A stretch of DNA of 63,773 nucleotides, counting the filler, from Octopus bimaculoides (taxonomy: Eukaryota), in NCBI RefSeq assembly GCF_001194135.2. It is 6 parts of 5 records of this genome, joined end to end, with 100 filler letters (N's around TTAATTAATTAA, not from the genome) between each part and the next. Parts side by side here need not be neighbours in the genome. Positions count along the whole stretch, not along the records: positions 1 to 8,876 come from NC_068988.1; positions 8,977 to 40,325 come from NC_068981.1; 4 more parts are not named here. The stretch is one strand, 5' to 3'. Made by a program: the position numbers and the translations under genes. The notes beneath the pieces are model-generated. The model saw nothing but the letters and a program-made list of their open reading frames with translations, made no database searches and had not been told where the DNA came from. This document shows positions 1-12,629 of the stretch, one piece after another; within the stretch, counting starts at the first letter, position 1; the number at the start of each line of letters is the position of its first letter.

Positions 1-120
1 GTGTTTGTCCCCCACCACCGCTTAACAGCCTGTTCGATAGACTAAGTAATAGGGGGATTTGGTTGATTAAACTTTTCGACGCGGTGCCCCTGCATGGCCG
101 CAGTCCAGTGACTAAAGATA
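1..120 (+). mobile_element. SINE family A, 3' part (tRNA/CORE-type SINE)
   Basis: gtgtttgtcccccaccaccgctt...gcatggccgcagtc matches the 3' half of the copies at 52430 and 59580. Confidence 0.6.
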
Positions 121-194
121 TGGAGAAAAAAATATGAATGTGTGTATATTAAGTGACAGAAAGATAGATAGAAACTCAGACATACATCTCCCTC

Positions 195-201
195 CTTTCC
201 T

Positions 202-256
<55 letters not shown>

Positions 257-375
257 ATGTATGTGTGTGCGTATATATATAAATATATATATATATAAAT
301 ATATATAAGTATATATATATATAGATAGAGAGAGAGAGAGAGAAACAGACAGACAGACAAACAGACAGACAAATT
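195..375. repeat. Compound microsatellite (TTTC)n(TC)n(TA)n(AG)n(AGAC)n
   Basis: Directly visible. Representative of dozens of TA/CA/TACA tracts in the window (e.g. 1510-1790, 3780-4470, 29165-29292, 42140-42990). Confidence 0.95.
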
Positions 376-879
376 CATACACACATTCTTATGTACGTAT
401 ATATTCGCACATAACGAAAGCAAGAAATTTGTTTTGAAACGCAGATGAAGAACTCGGGAGAGAAATATAACTCGTCGTCGTTGTGTGACGCTGAAGTTGT
501 TGTTTAGCCCTAGGATAATATTAATCTAATTGGCCTATGGTCAGTGTCTTGACATCATTGCGTATTTAAAGAGATCGTCTCGCAATTGCATGGTTTTTGA
601 TTCAATCTGGCTGCGAGGACTCTTGGGTTGCAATCTCCTGTCGACTGACCCCCATCAGTGAAAATCCTTAGTTGCAAATTTATGTTGAAATCTGTTGCAA
701 AGTCTGCTCCTCTATTTTGGTTGTAGACTTGATACATCACCCGATGTACCATTACTACCTGATCTGTTCTCGGGTTAGTCTGAAGGTAAATTCTCTTTCT
801 CCTCTCTCCAATCTTGGAGATCCTTAAAAATACTGTAACTGTTGCCCTTTTTCCCTCTGAACTAAAATGTGAGTGGTAA

Positions 880-1000
880 GAAGTTTGCTTCTCAACCACA
901 CGGTTCTGGGTTCAGTCCCACTGCGTGGTACCTTGGACAAGTGTTTCCTGCTATAGCCCCAGCATGGCCACTGCCTAGTGCCTGAAACAAGTGAAAGATA
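880..1000 (+). mobile_element. SINE family A, internally deleted copy
   Basis: tRNA-like head with B-box-like gggttcagtccc, CORE-like accttggacaagtg, joined to the family 3' end gcatggcc...ctgaaacaagt. Confidence 0.65.
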
Positions 1001-1689
1001 AAAGATAAAATATAAAAGTGTGAACCATTTCGTCCTTTCGGGGTCATATAGAACTACAAAAGCTTTATCTTTTTGTAAAACCGCAGGATGTATTTCAAAG
1101 TTATTTGTTAACTTCTTTGACGAGATCGAATGATTTCATAATGGGCTCATCGTTAAAGAGAATTAAGTGAATAAAATATAATTATGCATGTTATTGGGGG
1201 TTCCGCCAGAGCATTGCTAATTGGCTGGAATCAGGAAGAGAGCTTTTGATATTATTGTTTTGCCCCAAGTTATCTCTGGCTGAGTCAATTGATAAAAAAA
1301 AAAAAGGAAAACGTTCTAGCCGCGACTGTAGCATATCTTTTTCAGATACATTTCTTTTATTAGCCACACAGGGCAGATAGAATACACTTATTAGTATACT
1401 ATAAAAGGACTTCCATTTTTTAAAATCCGGCAAAATTTGATTTTAAGAAAATTTGGCGGCTATTTCTTGCAAGTCGAGGGTTTCACGTTGGTTTGCTTCA
1501 CCAAAAATATACATACATACATACATACATACATACATACATACATACATTCATACGCACACGCACATACATGTGTGTATATAAATATACACATACATAT
1601 GTGCATAGACACACAACCACGCACATACACACGCACACACACACACACTTGTGTGTAGGTACATATATACATGTAAATGCACATACACG

Positions 1690-1720
<31 letters not shown>

Positions 1721-1750
1721 ATAATAAAGAGAGATAAGCATGCATATATT

Positions 1751-1793
<43 letters not shown>

Positions 1794-2912
1794 CCTTATA
1801 TCTTACACACACACTTATATCTTACACACACGTGTGCGCGCGCAAATTGTGAGTAGCTACTTCAAACATGACTATAAATACTTTATTGAACTATATGATT
1901 TATTTACTGAGTAAAACCAAATTTATTTATACTATTTAATATTATTTTTTCCTTATTGTTTTACCACTGAAACTGGAAAACAACGCTCATCATTGACTAC
2001 GTTTATTTGACACCGGAAACAAGAATATCGTGGTTCTGTTTCAATGAAACAATAAAATATATCGGGTTAGTTGAGATGAAAAGCTTGCTTGTAAAGAATT
2101 TTATTGAAATGAAATCATATCTGTATCATGGCCAGTGTCTTGGTTTACTATTAGAAATCTATGAGTGTGTGCGTTTATGTTTTGTATATGGGTATTTATG
2201 CTGGCGTATTGACATTTGTGTGTGTGTTTAGCTGCCTATGTGTATAATTGTACATATTTGTATGTACGTTTTGTTTATCCTTGTATATATGTGTATTCAT
2301 GCTTGTGTGTGCGTGTGTTTACGTGGGTGTTTGTGTATATATACTTGTGTGTATAGTCAATTGTGGTCAGTTATTTTCAACTTCCTTATAATCAATGAAT
2401 AATTGTACGAGTCGAACCCATATCTGATAATAGTTTACTATAAGTGCGTAGCCGTCTAGCCGCAACTTTCATTTTCAGTATCTTTTGTGTTGAAGCTCGC
2501 TCGTTCTTTCAACCTGTTCTACCAGAAACTCCCAGTTGACTTATCAGTCGTGTGGGAATAATTTAGCAACATGACTCAGTGTACAATGAAAGTTCTAATA
2601 TGAACCCACGTGATTTTGCAATATTTAATGTGTATTTTCTGTGTTTAAGATAGTAGTGTGAGATTTAAAGGATATTTTCTTGCTATTTCTAACACATTGA
2701 GTGACCACATCTATACTTCCTCGTTGTTTTGATAATATGTAAAACAGTGATCTAAATTGCCATCAAAAACCAACAGCGAATAATATTACTAAGAAGCAAA
2801 TGCCTCAACAAATGTCTGTGCCGAAACTTGATTACTCTCCTTTGTTTTTATCTAACCTCCTACCAGCAAACTGAAATAGGATTTCACTTGTTAACATACG
2901 ATATAGTAAAGC

Positions 2913-3078
2913 GATATTGAGAGAGAAAAGGAACTAAAGAAACATTATCGCTCCATGTACCCTAAACATACTCCTAGGATTTTACTAACTAGCCCAAAAT
3001 ATAACATAGTACAGGGATATTGAGAAAGGATAGGAACTAAAGATACATCGTCACTCTGTGTACCCTGAACATTCTCCT
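2913..3078 (+). repeat. Imperfect ~64-bp direct repeat, period ~103 bp
   Basis: gatattgagagagaaaaggaactaaaga...ctccta (2913-2976) versus gatattgagaaaggataggaactaaaga...ctccta (3016-3078). Confidence 0.8.
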
Positions 3079-3084
3079 ATCTAC

Positions 3085-3740
3085 TATTAAAGCCTCTGAT
3101 AGGGTTTGGCATGCTGGTTTGCTCCATAAGCTCTCTGCCTATGGTGTATGTGGAAATATCTTTGACGTTATCAGGTCATTTCGTTCTGGTCGTTGTGTAC
3201 GTGTGTCTCTGGACGGTGTTACTTCTGAGTATTTTGTCAATGCTGGTGTCTCTCAAGGCTCTATTCTTAGTCTAACTACTATTTCTCCTCTACATCAGTA
3301 ATCTTACTGCCAATGTTCTTCAATTCATTAATGTTTATGTGATGAGAAAACATTTTATTCTAGTTTTCCTGGCAATCCCTCTCCCTTGAAACGGTTGGAA
3401 TATGCTGTTAGTCTTGAGGTGGATCTGCAGGCTGTTAAGAAATGGAGCGAGAAGTGGCTTGTAACTTTCAACGATAGCAAGACCAAACTCCTGTCTGCCA
3501 GTAGGAAGCGGGACTCCTGTCTTCCTCCCATTTGCGTTTGTTACGGATCTGAGGTATCACATGATGAAACAATCAAACCGCCTGAGGAAAGGTTTTCTTA
3601 GAAACTGCATGGTCTTGCTTTCTCACTGACCTTTCTTGAGGTTCTTAATGCAGTCTGTTGATAGCTCTGCTTCTTGTAATACTGGCATGTAACTCCTAAT
3701 AAATGAGCTAAAATGACCGGAAGTAGGAAGAGGCCGCCAG
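3085..3740 (+). mobile_element. CR1/Jockey-group LINE reverse transcriptase fragment (degenerate)
   Basis: Translates to KASDRVWHAGLLHKLSAYGV..NAGVSQGSIL and DLQAVKKWSEKWLVTFNDSKTKLL, typical CR1-group RT motifs; contains frameshifts and stops. Confidence 0.8.
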
Positions 3741-4127
3741 AGGGGCAAGCAGCAAGAAGGATAACAGTGAATCTGTGATATGTGTGCGTTAGCACGCATG
3801 TACATGTGAGCACGTGCGCGTATATGCGTATGAAGCTAATGTGCGCGTGTACACGGTATGCTTGTGCATGTGCATGTGTGTGTAAGTGTGTGTGCATGTA
3901 AATGAGTATATGCTCGTATGTCTCCTGTTTTCAGACTCTTTCATTGTACATATTTCACACACACACATGTATGTATATACATATATATATATGTGTGTGT
4001 GTGTATATATATGTGTGTATATGTATATGCATACGTATATATANNNNNNNNNNNNNNNNNNNNNNNNNNNNNNNNNNNNNNNNNNNNNNNNNNNNNNNNN
4101 NNNNNNNNNNNNNNNNNNNNGCATGCT

Positions 4128-4163
<36 letters not shown>

Positions 4164-4305
4164 TTCACACGGACAACAATTATTGAATAAGGAATATAAA
4201 TATAATTGAATAATACGTTTATTATTATTACAACATATACATACATGTATATATATGCGTATATATATATGCATATATGTACACATACATATATATACAT
4301 ATATA

Positions 4306-4354
<49 letters not shown>

Positions 4355-4379
4355 GTGTGTGTGTGTGTGNNNNNNNNNN

Positions 4380-4450
<71 letters not shown>

Positions 4451-5258
4451 CATACACACACACATACAACACACAATGCGCACATAATTTCCAAAATCGG
4501 TTGCATCCTGAGAGAGTGAGAGAAATAAAAGAGAAATGATGAATATATACACAAAACGATTCAATTCGAAAATAAAAGAAAAAGAGAAATAGACGAAATA
4601 GAAGAGAAAGAGAAGAACAACGGAATATAGATCGGCAACGTTTTGTTAATTCTATACTGATTCAATTTCGTATGCACAAAGTCTTCCATCCTAGTATTCT
4701 ACTTAAGCAATATATGGTGACATGCCTGAACTCTGAAAATTCAATTATTGCCCAGATTACTGGAAAAACCCCGAGAAACAGTGGCGCCCTCAAATGGATT
4801 AATTAGATTTCATTAGCATAACATGACCGTTTCATTGAAGTAACCTGTAAACGGTATAGGCGATTAGAACTAATCGTTGTAATTTTTCATGCGCGTTTGT
4901 ATGCATATATTTGTGTGTGCGGGCGTATATATGCGTGCGTGTGTTTGTATGCGAGTATGTGTATTATGTGTACATGTACACACACACACACACACAAACA
5001 CGTGCGCGCGCGTGTATAACACAACGAGACAAATGTATTTATATAAAATTTATTGGTGTGTACGAAAACTTAAGTGTTAATAAACACACATACATATATA
5101 TATATATACATATGCATACAGTCACACACATACACACATATACATATAAACCCACACATACATATATATGTAGTGTGCGTGCTTTTATGTATGTGTATGG
5201 ATATATATTTATACACACATATATATATAATGTGCAAATATGTATATATATATATATA

Positions 5259-5296
<38 letters not shown>

Positions 5297-5635
5297 ATAC
5301 AAATAATAAATGAGTATATGCATATATACGTACATGTATGTACATACCTACATCTACATGTATATATAGATGCATATCTGGGTACAGGACGTTGCAAAAA
5401 AACGTGGACAAAATGATAAACAGAGTACAGAAAACACACAGGCCACATTGAGAACATTTCCTTCATCAGCTGCCACCATTCTAAAACTAAGCGTTTCGAA
5501 TGTATGTATGTATGTATGTATGTATGTATGTATGTATGTTAATAAGCACGCACATGCACCTACGCGGTAGCTGAATTACCGTCGTTGCTCGAGTTGCCAA
5601 ATAGTTTATTTAGATTGCAGCATACCTTTCCACTC

Positions 5636-5676
<41 letters not shown>

Positions 5677-5727
5677 AATGTTTTCAATTACTTTTTCTAT
5701 TCAACAATAAGTCCTAATTCTTAATTG

Positions 5728-6120
5728 GACCCTAAACCTTAACACTAATTGTAAACTAACCCTAATGAGTTACTATAAACCATAACCCCAAACCTTAGCC
5801 GCAACTACAAATTTAAATACAACACTACATTCTCACCTAGAACAAACCTCAAGCTCTAACCTAGGTCGGCCCTAGGATTAGTGGCACTCCGGGCAAGCTG
5901 AACTCAGGCGTGTACAAGCTGACGGTCGTGGAAATTTCCTTGCCCTCCTTGACGGCCCCTAGCACTTGGCGCCCCGGGTGACTGCCCGAGTTGCTGGTAC
6001 CTTCAGCCGACCCCGGTTTTAACCTAAACGCTAACCTCTAATCACAAGACGCTAGCCACTAATCACTAAACCATAACCCTAACTCAGGTTCCAAGTCTAA
6101 CTCTAACTTCTAATCTTAAT
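5728..6120 (+). repeat. Degenerate CCCTAA/CTAACC telomere-like tract with GC-rich insert (5862-6015)
   Basis: Many ctaaacc/taaccct/ctaactc variants flank a GC-rich segment bounded by ggtcggc...gccgacc. Confidence 0.6.
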
Positions 6121-7207
6121 TCATTATTTTTGTTTTGTAGAAAATGATTGTCTCCTATATCTAAAACATAATTCTTTTAAAAGCCTCCGAAGGTGGTTTT
6201 AAAATGATAAAGTTACGATAGCGTACTCCAAAATCGAGAGGTAGCCGGAAAAATAAAAATAAAATTTCAACTTTAATACATCTGAGATCGTCGAAAAACA
6301 AAGATAGAAAATTAACGTTGGAGAGGCTCAATGTATTTCTTTGAGAATAAACCAGATGAATATCGCGAACCTTTAGTGAAGTACAACAAATGGAAACTGG
6401 GATTCCTTCTATCGCAATAAAATTGGTGCAACCCCGCCATTTGATCAGGAGGGAGAAAATCTATTTCTTGTTTTCTTTTAATTCATAGGTTTATTAACTA
6501 AAATTCAATTGTAACTTGATGCTTAATAAATTTTAATTACAGACACATACATACAAAGAACACGCAAACAAGCATGCACACATACGGTCACACACGCACA
6601 CACACATACATATATACATACATACAGATACACACGGATATATAGCAGCAACGAAGAACAAAGGAAAAAAGATTGAACGGAAAATATTTCCGTAAACGTT
6701 TGAATTCGTACACTGGAAAAAGTGATACATGTTACGAGCTGATGACGGGAAGAGTAAATGAATTTATCCTGCATTATCTCTTTCTTAATTCGCTATCTAC
6801 CTCTATATTTATAATTCTATCTATCAATTTATCTATCATTTACCAATATATCTCCCTTTCTGATTTAAAAGAAACAGAGAAAATAATCCTTGCTAACTTT
6901 CTAATTTATAAAAACAATAAAATTTTAAAAACTTCTGTCGTAAGTTCCCTATCAGCCTGAGGAAATCCAGAAACCGAAATACGTATATATGTTATTGGAG
7001 AACAGCCAGTTTTGTTATTAACACAATGGAATAAATGTCTTCTGACTTTGTTAAAGGCAGTAGTCTGAAATTATATGTTTATAAACAATGTCAAATCTCA
7101 TGATTCTGCATTGTATCTAACTGAGAAGAGACATTCATTTAATAGTGACAGTGAAGACTGCAAACCATCATCATCTAGTCAACGAAAATATCACCTTAAT
7201 AATAATA

Positions 7208-7257
<50 letters not shown>

Positions 7258-7258
<1 letters not shown>

Positions 7259-7806
7259 GCTCAGATACAGTACCAGGCAGTGGCTCTCATGGCTTCTGAT
7301 CTTAATTGATTGGAAGTGTTATCATGTACATTGTTTTGTCTTGGTATAAAAGATAGGCTACAGCAAATATTCTGCTTAATACCACAGATTTGCTTGTCAG
7401 TTGTTTGACCTTAACCGGTTGAGCATGTCCCTTGGTGGCTGACGATATGTGCATCTCTGATTATGAGCAGAAGTAGTTGGGGAGCATCATAGCCATGTGT
7501 TGAGAGGAATTCTTTGAGGTTTGAATAATTTACCTTTGGAAACGAGTGTTTTGCTCAACATTCTTAAACCTTATTCAGGGACCTTTAGAGCAGGATGGGC
7601 TACTCGACCTGAAGAAAATTCTGAATGGGCCCCACCTGCGAGGTCATGCGCTGCTTATCTTGATATGAGATCACCATGTCGCGCAAATATGGTTGTGATG
7701 CATGTGCCTGGTGTACCCTTATCAGACGAGTAGTCATGATGGGTATAATGGGCTTCGTATATTTTATCCCAGTGTCACTTTGATGGCATGCACTGCTCTC
7801 TCACTC
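7258..7806 (+). mobile_element. Element C copy 1 (~550-bp non-coding interspersed repeat embedded in AAT/GAT tracts)
   Basis: Collinear over its whole length with 32905-33454 and the reverse complement of 56303-56849; same end points. Confidence 0.85.
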
Positions 7807-7826
7807 AATAATAATAATAATAATAC

Positions 7827-7886
<60 letters not shown>

Positions 7887-8351
7887 TAATACTATATGTA
7901 ACTTATACATATGTACACACACACACACACACACATCCACCTATATTATAATGTATTTAATATATCATATCATAATATATCATAATATATTAATTTATTG
8001 TTATAATATCTTATTGTATATATATATACATATTCGTGTGTATGTGTGTGTGTGTGTGGTGTGTGTATGTGTGCGTGCGTGTGTAAAGACAAATAAAACG
8101 TCCACATCATATGCTGCTTGTAGAGATTTTTTTTATATATAATATTGCTGCTTCTGTCATTGTTATTGTTGATTTTTATCTCCAAGCTGTTGCACCTAAA
8201 TTTCCATTGATACGTATTACTATGCAATGCGCAATAGCGGTGAGTGACAGAAACGGTGTAAGAGTAAGATTCGTATATCTTGAAGTAAACGTGAGTTACG
8301 TGCCTGTCGTGGCCACCCTGACGGAGACAGAATTTTTTTCCACGTTCCGCT

Positions 8352-8469
8352 ACATGATACTGTTTTGAATATGATATTGTTTTGATTAATATAATATTGT
8401 TTTGAATATGATATTGTTTTGAATGATATCGTTTTGAATAATATAATACATGATACTGTTTTGAATAAC
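8352..8469 (+). repeat. Minisatellite, about 6 degenerate units of tgata(c/t)tgttttgaat
   Basis: Directly visible. Confidence 0.8.
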
Positions 8470-8629
8470 AGAGGTAATCTATACGAGATAATGTATTCGT
8501 GAATTTTCATATTTGTCCGTATGTAAGTGAGGATGCGTGCGCAGGTGTGTCTTTATACATATATATTCACGCATGTATATATATACAGGCGCATATACAT
8601 ATGTACATATATAATCTGTATCTTTTATG

Positions 8630-8825
8630 TTTTACTTGCAGCAGTCATTTGATTGCAACTATGTTGGATCACCACCTTGAAGGGTTTGGTTGAGCAAATT
8701 GACCCCAGTGTTTATTATTATAGCCTGGTACTTTCATTGTCTTCCTCTGGCGGACCGCTAGATTACAGGGACGTAAAGTAATCAACGCAGGTTATCAAGC
8801 AGTAGTGAGGACTAACACAAGCATA
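8630..8825 (-). mobile_element. SINE family A, degenerate 3' part
   Basis: Reverse-complement similarity to the 59580-59780 region. Confidence 0.6.
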
Positions 8826-9302
8826 CACACATAAGTATATGCATACTTTTAGGTATATACGTATATATATATATATNNNNNNNNNNNNNNNNNNNNNNNN
8901 NNNNNNNNNNNNNNNNNNNNTTAATTAATTAANNNNNNNNNNNNNNNNNNNNNNNNNNNNNNNNNNNNNNNNNNNNTATATATATATATATGTATGTATG
9001 TATGTATATATATATAATAAAAATATAGATTTAATCAAAGGATTAAATGTGGTACTTAAAATGTTTGAGGCACCAGAATTTGGTAGGGAAAAAACGAAAA
9101 ACAAAATCAAGAGATTTGGTGAATAAAATTTGAAGTTAAGCAACCAAAATTCAATAGGTTATAGCAGTACGTACGTTTCGCACAAACTTCATTTATTCAT
9201 GCAGTGAGAACACTACATAAAATGTGTAATGAAAATGTACTCCTCAGCTGCATAATGGAATTTCATTTTAGAAAGTAGTTTTGTAGATGTGCGCAAAAAA
9301 CA

Positions 9303-9682
9303 AGAGTAAGAGAAGAAAAAATGTCATCTTGACAGGACTGCTATTCAACAGTCTAGACTGTTGAATAGCAGCCCAGTCAATATGACATTTTTTCTTCTCC
9401 TTCTCTTACATTGACCCCATGCGTAACTGGTACTTAAGTTATCGACTCCGAAAGGATGAGAAGTAAAATCGACCTCGGCGGAATTTGAACTCAGAGTAAG
9501 AGAAGAAAAAAATTCATCTTGACAGGACTGCTATTCAACAGTCTAGACTGTTGAATAGCAGCCCAGTCAAGATGACATTTTTTCTTCTCCTTCTCTTACA
9601 TCGACCCCATGCGTAACTGGTACTTAAGTTATCGACTCCGAAAGGATGAGAAGTAAAATCGACCTCGGCGGAATTTGAACTC
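9303..9682. repeat. Tandem 190-bp duplication, each unit = 90-bp near-perfect palindrome + SINE B segment
   Basis: Palindromes 9310-9399 and 9500-9589 are centred on tctaga; the two units differ at about 3-4 positions. Confidence 0.9.
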
Positions 9683-9760
9683 AGAACGTAACGGCTGACG
9701 AAATACCGCGAAGCATTTCGACCGGCGTGTTAACGTTTCTGCCAGCTCGTCGCCTTATAA
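9596..9760 (-). mobile_element. SINE family B (tRNA head + Deu/Nin-like core)
   Basis: Reverse complement reads aaggcgacgagctggcagaaacgttaac...gagttcaaattccgccgaggtcga..., like the copy at 37585. Confidence 0.8.
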
Positions 9761-9779
9761 ACAAAGATATAGACATTGA

Positions 9780-11030
9780 TATGGTTACCCACTTGTAGGA
9801 TCTTATATTTGGTATTAAACGCTTCCGAATTTTCAATGCTTTACTATCCATAGTATTTTTATAGCATTTTAGTTTCTCAACGTATTGCATATTGAAATTC
9901 TACCACATTCTATCTAATAATCTTCAGTTTATATAGCTTTTCTTTTCGAGCTGTATATTTTGATGCTATATTGAAAATATGTTTCAATTTTGCGTTTCAT
10001 TATAGGGTCTGGCTACATTAGAAAACGCATAAGCAATATTAGCAGTGCCATTTCTGCGTACACACTTGCTTTTATAACTACTGCATAGTTATTCCTTACA
10101 TTGAAATGGATTCTTTATATATCAGTTTGCAACCATCCCAGAAGTTGATTGTATGTCGGTAGGAAGTGACTTCTGAGGTGGGGTGCCTGCTATTCTAATA
10201 TAAGCATACACATTAAAACCCGCGTCACGTATGTTAATTGTTCGATTAAATGATTTATCTGCATTCCAGCGTAATTCGAATGCAAAGCTGTAATCGTAAG
10301 AGAATATACAATTTAGAGTTATTTTATTTTCATAAGTATTCCACAATATTTACCCAGAAATAATTTTTTAATAATCACATAGCAGCAAAGTCGTATATGA
10401 GCGCTGCTCTGCTGGAATATGATTCTCATTGCTGATGAATTTTCGCTCGCGGAGGAGAGAACATATTCCCCAAAGAAATGTTGATAGTGAAGCAGACATA
10501 ATTGATAATTGCATCGATTCATAACGCTTCTATATTTTGTTACTATATTACGGCTGGTGGCGACGAAATTATTGGGAAATAATTGTGGTTATTATTATCT
10601 TCAGGTCACAACATATCGCAGGGAAATATAAGAGAAAACTGTTTGTCGGTTGCGACTCAATCATGTTTTCAATTTGGGGGGGCAGGTATATTTTAACGTT
10701 GTCAACACAAGTGAATCCATCTAAATATTTTTTTTCATAAAGAATAGTTCTTATCTGGTGAACTTTTTGTTCTAATTTCAATAAAGCTGATAGATTTCCG
10801 ACATTAGATTTCGAAATGTGTATTTGTAGAGCGCTTTCCAACCAACGCGTGTGATTGAGACAAATTAATTTATCATAAAGTGAGTGGGTATGTTATCTCA
10901 GTCGATTTCTGACAGACGGAGTTTTCAGACGAGACACATATGTTACATCTTCTGATAAAGACACAATATGATTCACTGTCTGATTAGTATTGGAGAGACA
11001 AGCTTCCAATGATTCTAAAAATGCAATTCA
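9780..11030 (-). pseudogene. Degenerate hAT-related (hATm-like) DNA transposase
   Basis: Three track ORFs (10569-10841, 10122-10346, 9681-9890) share one minus frame. Motifs SLSEDVTYV, LNHTRWLESA, YLPPQIENMIES, TPPQKSLPTDI and VVIKAS..RRNG occur in the order I recall for LS.DQ.YL / H.RWL / YLP / T.PP / VTEAS..RDG transposases. Confidence 0.5.
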
Positions 11031-11329
11031 TATTAAATGTCAGAAATCACATGACAAATTGGATCAATAGCTTTGAATATTGATACATTATGTTAAGGAA
11101 ATAGAGACAACGATCATGTTGCTGAAGATTTTTCTTCTTAATTCTGCTTCTACTTTTGCTGCAGCGGTTGTTGATGATTTTAATGAAGATAATGATTGTG
11201 AATATGACAATGATAATCTTCATGCGGAGAAAGATGAGAAAGATGCAGACAATAATGGTGAGAAAGGGGCAGAAATTTGATGGTGATTTGATGATGTTGA
11301 TGAAGGTGACAACAATAACACGTCAAATA

Positions 11330-11522
11330 TTATGATGATGATGATGATGATGATGACGATGCCATCATGGTGATGGTGTTGACGACGACGACGATGAGGA
11401 TAATGACGATGACGATGGCAATTATAAAAATGCTGTTGATATTGATGATGATGAAAGTGATGATGATTGTATGATTGTGGTGTTGGTGTGGCTGATGGTG
11501 GTTGTGGTGGTGGTGGTGGTGG

Positions 11523-11562
<40 letters not shown>

Positions 11563-11830
11563 CGTGAAGACGACGTCGAAGATGATTGTTGCGGTGGCGG
11601 AGGCGGCGGTGGCGGTGACGATGGGGGTAGATGTGGTGATGATGTTAAAAATCATGTTAAAGCATGAGAGGACAAGGAAAGCTACAAATATGATAATGGT
11701 GATGATGAGGAGATGCAGGACAATGAAGAAGGCAAATACTACTGCTACTTCTACGACGACGACAGCGACAATGATGATGAAGATGATGGTGGCGGTGTTG
11801 CTGGGGTTGGTGGTAGTGTTTCTATGATTC
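11330..11830. repeat. GAT/GGT/GAC trinucleotide mosaic
   Basis: Directly visible; the poly-D, poly-M and poly-I ORFs here are artefacts. Confidence 0.9.
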
Positions 11831-12629
11831 ATTGTAGTTGACTCTAATTCCTACTGGATAACCTTTCATTGTTCATAATATATTGTTACATATTTTTGAT
11901 TTTACTTTCACTTCTACTGGTTTTATGAAAACCGCCGATGTTTTATATTTCTCTTCGTGTAATTTCCCGAACGTGTATCCTTCTTGTGGAACATAAATCA
12001 TTATTATTAATGCTGTCATTGGTTCACAACAATCCAGTAGCTCTTCTATAAATGATATGAGCATCGATGAGTAATCACTTCCGTAAGAACTTGATGTTGG
12101 GGATTATTGAAATGTTCCAAAAGTCCTTAGCATAGCATACATAAACAGACGAAACGCCTGTACGGAATACTTTCTATGGCAGACCCGATGTCATCAAAAA
12201 AGTACTGTGAAAGAGAAAGGGAGGGCGAGGAGGAGAGGGAAACAGACAACTGAGACACGAGAGAGAGACAAGGAGAGACAAACAGTGAGATAGAGATAGA
12301 GAGACATAGAGAGAGATAGTTCGAGAGATAGATAGATAGTGAGAGATAGAGACATAGAGGTACAGAGACAGAAACAGGAAGAGAAAGATGCTACATGACT
12401 TACATTAAATTTTAAGGAAATTTTAAGTAAATTTTCTGAAAGGATATTCGTGTGGTTACACACTGACTATTCGATTATTAGTGTGTTTACTAAACTGGAG
12501 AGACATTTCTGTTTCATATATCATAGTATAGCAATAGGGCGCTCTGTGTAGATTACCATAAAGTATTTTGAATGGAGGCTTCTATTTAGCGAATCATTCT
12601 TGTCCTTGCTTATATATTTTATATAAGAC

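Noticed and set aside
555-899. 114-aa minus-strand ORF as a possible host exon
   Set aside because: It starts inside a SINE, has no recognisable domain and no convincing splice sites.
1437-5570. Many ORFs rich in Y/I/H/T/C/V, and similar poly-I, poly-L, poly-N and X-filled ORFs elsewhere
   Set aside because: They are translations of microsatellites and N gaps.
8921-8932. ttaattaattaa islands inside N runs (also near 40370, 52347, 56965 and 62336)
   Set aside because: An identical 12-mer with stops in all six frames, centred in gaps, is a synthetic scaffold linker rather than biology.
10100-10840. GPCR- or TIR-like readings of the minus-strand relic
   Set aside because: They need several frame changes and lack key motifs; the single-frame transposase reading fits better.
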